From the NCBI GenBank assembly GCA_041676005.1, contig JBAYST010000002.1, forward strand, positions 1 through 35,959: DNA of 35,959 nucleotides. Direction: 5' to 3'. The notes beneath the pieces are model-generated. The model saw nothing but the letters and a program-made list of their open reading frames with translations, made no database searches and had not been told where the DNA came from. The stretch is from Bacilli bacterium. GTDB taxonomy: Bacteria; Bacillota_I; Bacilli_A; RFN20; CAG-826. Numbering within the stretch: position 1 is the first letter of the stretch; each line of letters begins with the position of its first letter. Positions 32,532 to 35,959 of the stretch are shown here, in pieces. Made by a program: the position numbers and the translations under genes.

Positions 32532-33271
32532 CCTATGTGTTCCTTCAATTCTTCTTCGAAATCACTAGCACTGACATCTTTTCCAGCGACTAATTTGCCT
32601 ATTATGCGGCTAATAGGAGGTGGGAGATGTTTCATTTTTTTAAGGACTTTCTTATATTCTTCTAAGACGAGTTCGCTATTGTCGATAAACGATTCATAGA
32701 GGTGTGCAAGATTAACCGCATCAACAGCAGCATTATGTGCTGGACCGTTTTCTTGAACGCTGAATAATCGACAATAATTTACTAGACTCATCGGATTACT
32801 ATTATCGTCTTTGACAAATTCTGAAATAATTTCTGATAAGTCGATATGATTTTTTTGGATGTGACGGCAAATCTCAACTGGAGCATCGACGTTATAGACA
32901 ATTGATTGATTGATGATTCTCATATCATGCGCTCCAAAAGTAGCAAAAGCGGCGCGTTTGAAATTCACTCCACAATATTTTCTAAATGCCTCCATAGCTT
33001 TTAAAAAAGAAATTCCATCTGTTTCTAATTTTTCTTCTGTGATACCAGTTAGGTTTGTGACGTATTTTCCAATTTTATTTTTACTTTTGACATACACTTC
33101 AAAAACTTTATGATATTTTCTAATCTTTCCGTTTCCATTGATGTTGCACAAAATCGCCCCAAACGAAATCATTTCATGAGAAAATTGAGTTCCCTCAAAG
33201 TCTAAAAATACGATACACTTTTTATTTTTTAGTAAACGATTAAGTTTTTTCATTACATAGTAGTATAGCAT
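32528..33271 (-). CDS. DEDDh 3'-5' exonuclease (DnaQ/KapD/ERI-1-like) with C-terminal extension
   Basis: Exo I IVFLDFEGT, an Exo II region around FATFGAHDMRII, and Exo III HNAAVDAVNLAHLY (H-x4-D). ATG 33271 or ATG 33253 are possible starts; neither has a clear SD. Confidence 0.75.
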   Translation of the reverse strand: MLYYYVMKKLNRLLKNKKCIVFLDFEGTQFSHEMISFGAILCNINGNGKIRKYHKVFEVYVKSKNKIGKYVTNLTGITEEKLETDGISFLKAMEAFRKYCGVNFKRAAFATFGAHDMRIINQSIVYNVDAPVEICRHIQKNHIDLSEIISEFVKDDNSNPMSLVNYCRLFSVQENGPAHNAAVDAVNLAHLYESFIDNSELVLEEYKKVLKKMKHLPPPISRIIGKLVAGKDVSASDFEEELKEHIG

Positions 33272-33301
33272 CCGAGGTAATTTTATAAAACGAAATAATG
33301 T

Positions 33302-33329
33302 TTGATTTAATTGAACCTTTTAATATAAA
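33302..33329 (+). promoter_or_regulatory. sigma-A type promoter for gpsB
   Basis: TTGATT (33302-33307), 16-nt spacer, TATAAA (33324-33329). GAGG SD and ATG 33347 follow. Confidence 0.55.
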
Positions 33330-33346
33330 ATATTAACGAGGTCAAT

Positions 33347-33709
33347 ATGGTTATGAAACTCATTCTCACTTCGCAACAACTTCTTGAAAAAGTTTTTCCT
33401 GAAGCTCTTCACGGCTACAGTGCAATCGCTGTCGATGAATTTATTGATACGATTATAAAAGACTATAAAGAAGTAGAAAGGAATCATCTTATTAGCAAGA
33501 GTGAGATCACACTTCTTAACACTCGTCTTGAAAATTTGCGGAAAAGTAATGATGATTTGATTGTTGAAAACAAATCATTGAAAAAAAAGTTAGAAGGAAT
33601 TAAAAGTTCTGATACACCGAACAAAGACAATATTAACCTTTTGAAAAAAATCAACAAACTCGAGACCTTCATTTGGAATCAAGGTTTTGATCCAAACAAA
33701 ATTAAATAA
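33347..33709 (+). CDS. gpsB: cell-cycle protein GpsB (DivIVA-domain)
   Basis: LLEKVFPEALHGYSAIAVDEFIDTIIKDYKEV aligns with Bacillus GpsB [32 protein letters not shown], followed by a coiled coil. 120 aa. rnpB lies immediately downstream, as in Bacillus. Confidence 0.8.
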   Translation: MVMKLILTSQQLLEKVFPEALHGYSAIAVDEFIDTIIKDYKEVERNHLISKSEITLLNTRLENLRKSNDDLIVENKSLKKKLEGIKSSDTPNKDNINLLKKINKLETFIWNQGFDPNKIK

Positions 33710-34040
33710 TCCGACCCAGATAATCGCTGACGAAAGTTAGAGGAAAGTCCATGCTCGCACAGGCTGTGATGCCTGTAGTGTTTGCGCTAGCGGAAAAAAT
33801 AACGCTAGGTATATAGGAGTATATAACGGCGGAGTGAAACCTAAGGGAAACTATGGTCAAACTCCTGAAAGTGCCACAGTGACGTAGTTTATTGGAAACA
33901 ATAAAGTGGAACGCGGTAAACCCCACAAGCGAGAAACCCAAAATTGGTAGGGGAAGTTCGCGGCGAGAAACGAATTGCCAAGAGCATGCATAGCATAGAT
34001 AAATGATTATCCAAGACAAAACATGGCTTATCGGGTCGGA
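33710..34040 (+). ncRNA. rnpB: RNase P RNA (bacterial type B-like)
   Basis: P1 strands TCCGACCC (33710-) and GGGTCGGA (-34040). Universally conserved blocks are present: GAGGAAAGTCCATGCTCGCAC (P4 5' strand), AGTGCCACAGTGACG, GCGGTAAACCCCAC and ACAAAACATGGCTTATCGG (P4 3' strand). The ends are inferred from P1 pairing only. Confidence 0.92.
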
Positions 34041-34058
34041 CACTCACTAGGAGAAAAA

Positions 34059-34691
34059 ATGAACACACCAACAAAAATTACCGTTTCGCGAATTGCAATT
34101 GTCACCTTATTGATAATCGGACTTTTTATCATGTCGCTCGTTCCGAATTGGGAAGCTCCAGTGCTCGGGAAAAGCGGAATCAATCTTGCTTTTTTAATTA
34201 TTGCGATTGTTTTTATCATCGCTTCTGTGACTGATTTTATCGATGGGTATTTAGCGCGAAAAAATAATCAAATTACTTCTTTAGGGAAGTTTTTAGATCC
34301 GGTTGCAGATAAAATATTAGTCAATTCTTTAGTCATATTCTTAATTGCTCCGTCGCTTTTTGCTCCGTATAATCACGAGCAAATTGTTTCGTTTAACATG
34401 TGGTGTGCGATTATTTTGATCGTTCGGGATATCGTGGTTGACGCACTGAGATTTATCGCAGCTCAAAAGAAAATCGTCATCGCTGCGAACATTTTTGGAA
34501 AAGCTAAAACGGTTTTACAAATGGTTGCAATCGTCATCGTTTTGTTAAACGGCTTCCCTTTTAGTTATTTCGATGCAGGTTGGCCAAGCGGACTTCACAT
34601 CGCTGACATCTTTGTCTATTTAGCAACATTGGTTTCTCTTCTTTCTGGAGTCATTTATGTTGTGCAAAATCGGAAGGTATTGGTGGAATAA
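34059..34691 (+). CDS. pgsA: CDP-diacylglycerol--glycerol-3-phosphate 3-phosphatidyltransferase
   Basis: Start reassigned to ATG 34059 (MNTPTKITVSRI), with AGGAG at 34049-34053; the listed 34023 start lies inside rnpB. CDP-alcohol phosphotransferase motif DFIDGYLARKNNQITSLGKFLDPVADK. Confidence 0.92.
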   Translation: MNTPTKITVSRIAIVTLLIIGLFIMSLVPNWEAPVLGKSGINLAFLIIAIVFIIASVTDFIDGYLARKNNQITSLGKFLDPVADKILVNSLVIFLIAPSLFAPYNHEQIVSFNMWCAIILIVRDIVVDALRFIAAQKKIVIAANIFGKAKTVLQMVAIVIVLLNGFPFSYFDAGWPSGLHIADIFVYLATLVSLLSGVIYVVQNRKVLVE

Positions 34692-35162
34692 ATGGAAGTG
34701 CAAAATCTGGTTAATCTTTTTAAAAGCAAAGGTCGAACATTAGGTTCAGTTGAGTCGTTTACAGGCGGTCTTTTCGCTGCGAAGATCACTTCAATTCCCG
34801 GTGCTAGCCATTTTTATAAAGGTGGGTTGGTTACTTATAGTAACGAAGAAAAAGTACGGCTTTTAGGAGTCCCGTATGATGAAATAGATAAATTTGGAGT
34901 TATTTCAGAGCAAATGGCTTCCATTATGGTTATGAGAGCTGCTAAAATTCTCCGAACCGATTATTGTGTTTCTTTTACGGGAAATGCCGGGCCTACTGCT
35001 TTAGAAAATAAACCGGTAGGAACAATTTTTATTGGCTTTTATTACTACAATAAAATCTCTGTTTATCGTTTTAATCTCAAAGGCACCCGCAATGAAATCA
35101 GAGAGCAAGCAATTGCTCTAGCAATAAAAATATTAAAAGATCTATTGATTGCTAATAATTAG
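34692..35162 (+). CDS. cinA: CinA C-terminal domain protein (nicotinamide-nucleotide amidohydrolase PncC-like)
   Basis: LGSVESFTGGLFA..ITSIPGAS..FKGGLVTYSNEEK...VSFTGNAGP matches the CinA_C/PncC domain. The pgsA-cinA-recA order is as in Bacillus. Only the C-terminal domain is present (156 aa). Confidence 0.88.
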   Translation: MEVQNLVNLFKSKGRTLGSVESFTGGLFAAKITSIPGASHFYKGGLVTYSNEEKVRLLGVPYDEIDKFGVISEQMASIMVMRAAKILRTDYCVSFTGNAGPTALENKPVGTIFIGFYYYNKISVYRFNLKGTRNEIREQAIALAIKILKDLLIANN

Positions 35163-35207
35163 CACAACAATTAGAAACCGTATATTTAGAAACAAGGAGA
35201 AAAGATA

Positions 35208-35959
35208 ATGGCAAACGAAAAGTTAGGAAAAGATGTGAGTCTTGCAGACACACTGAAAGAAATCGAGAAAATTTTCGGCAAAGGAGCGGTCATGAAACTC
35301 GGCGATCGAAACCCAGTTGATGTCGATGTGATTTCAAGTGGCTCATTGAGAATAGATTACATTTTAGGAGTCGGTGGTTATCCAAAAGGTCGAATCATTG
35401 AAATTTACGGCCCTGAATCAAGTGGTAAAACCACATTAGCTCTTCATGCCATCGCTGAATGTCAAGCATCAGGTGGAAGAGCTGCGTTTATTGACGCTGA
35501 ACATTCAATTGACCCAGTTTATGCGAAAAACTTAGGTGTTAATGTAGATGAACTCATCCTTTCTCAACCGGATAATGGTGAACAAGCACTCGAAATTGTT
35601 GAAATGTTAGCTAGCAGTAAAGCGATTGATTTAATCGTTGTTGATTCTGTTGCAGCTCTTGTACCGCAAGCGGAAATTGAAGGTGTGATGAGTGATACTC
35701 AAGTCGGGTTACAAGCTAGATTGATGTCTAAAGCGATGCGCAAACTCGCAGGCGTTTTGAATAAATCTAATTGTGCTGTCATCTTCATTAATCAAATACG
35801 GGAAAAAGTTGGAATCATGTATGGAAGTCCAGAAACGACCTCAGGTGGTCGAGCGCTTAAGTTCTATGCATCGATTCGCATCGATATTCGTCGTTCTGAA
35901 GCTATTAAAGACGGAACTGATTTGGTCGGAAATACCTGTACGGTAAAAATTGTAAAAAA
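35208..35959 (+). CDS. recA: recombinase RecA, N-terminal ~250 aa (3' end lies outside the window)
   Basis: Absent from the ORF track because there is no stop inside the window. AAGGAG SD, ATG 35208. The translation [33 protein letters not shown]...[20 protein letters not shown]...AAFIDAEH...[10 protein letters not shown]...[37 protein letters not shown] is unmistakably RecA. Confidence 0.97.
   Translation, partial: MANEKLGKDVSLADTLKEIEKIFGKGAVMKLGDRNPVDVDVISSGSLRIDYILGVGGYPKGRIIEIYGPESSGKTTLALHAIAECQASGGRAAFIDAEHSIDPVYAKNLGVNVDELILSQPDNGEQALEIVEMLASSKAIDLIVVDSVAALVPQAEIEGVMSDTQVGLQARLMSKAMRKLAGVLNKSNCAVIFINQIREKVGIMYGSPETTSGGRALKFYASIRIDIRRSEAIKDGTDLVGNTCTVKIVK

Noticed and set aside
33702-34074. 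Minus-strand ORFs 33702-34043 and 33889-34074, and the 34023 start listed for the pgsA ORF.
   Set aside because: They overlap the RNase P RNA gene, whose conserved P4/CR blocks and P1 pairing explain this stretch. pgsA has a proper SD and ATG at 34059.
1-35959. Mycoplasma-type genetic code (TGA = Trp).
   Set aside because: Conserved genes terminate at TGA at the expected lengths, for example ecfA2 at 4140-4142 and ecfT at 5006-5008. Trp positions are TGG. All conserved proteins are full length under the standard code.
1-35959. CRISPR arrays, transposases or IS elements, prophage genes, toxin-antitoxin pairs, restriction-modification or other defence systems.
   Set aside because: I saw no spaced direct-repeat array, no terminal inverted repeats, and no integrase, transposase or phage-like ORF. 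Nearly every ORF has a housekeeping assignment. The window looks like core genome.

Overview
This is an AT-rich window of about 36 kb, densely packed with some 45 protein genes, 4 tRNAs, an RNase P RNA and an FMN riboswitch. It reads cleanly with the standard genetic code: TGA is used as a stop, for example at the ecfA2 and ecfT ends, and conserved proteins come out at their expected lengths. Gene content and order form a patchwork of Bacillus-type syntenic blocks. These are cysS-rlmB-sigH-like, ecfA1-ecfA2-ecfT-truA-(yebC)-rplM-rpsI, sufCDSUB, mnmG-rsmG-parA-parB, cmk-der-hup, dnaD-nth/recU, gpsB-rnpB and pgsA-cinA-recA. Several genes that sit inside these blocks in Bacillus are absent here: mrnC, yacP, rpsA, gpsA and ponA. 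Together with two large lipoproteins and an ECF/RibU vitamin-uptake setup, this suggests a reduced Firmicutes/Mollicutes-type genome that uses TGA as a stop (Acholeplasma-like). That is an inference, not a demonstrated assignment. I found no mobile element, CRISPR array, prophage, toxin-antitoxin pair or recognisable defence system, and no discrete novel multi-gene system that I can defend. The items most worth a second look are: (1) a translationally coupled pair of ~615-aa lipoproteins, one a PrsA-like foldase whose parvulin domain is split by a ~140-aa insertion, the other unassignable; (2) a 227-aa head-and-neck-only class II nucleotidyltransferase, while all four tRNA genes encode CCA; (3) a ParB whose CTP-binding and CTP-hydrolysis motifs are degenerate; (4) rnpB butt-joined between gpsB and pgsA; (5) a GpsB that keeps its PBP-tail-binding residues in a neighbourhood that has lost ponA; (6) several genes with a -10 box 6-11 nt upstream of an ATG and no Shine-Dalgarno sequence, which are candidate leaderless mRNAs. 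All coordinates were counted by hand. RNA ends and regulatory sites are accurate to within a few nt. No database search or folding computation was run.
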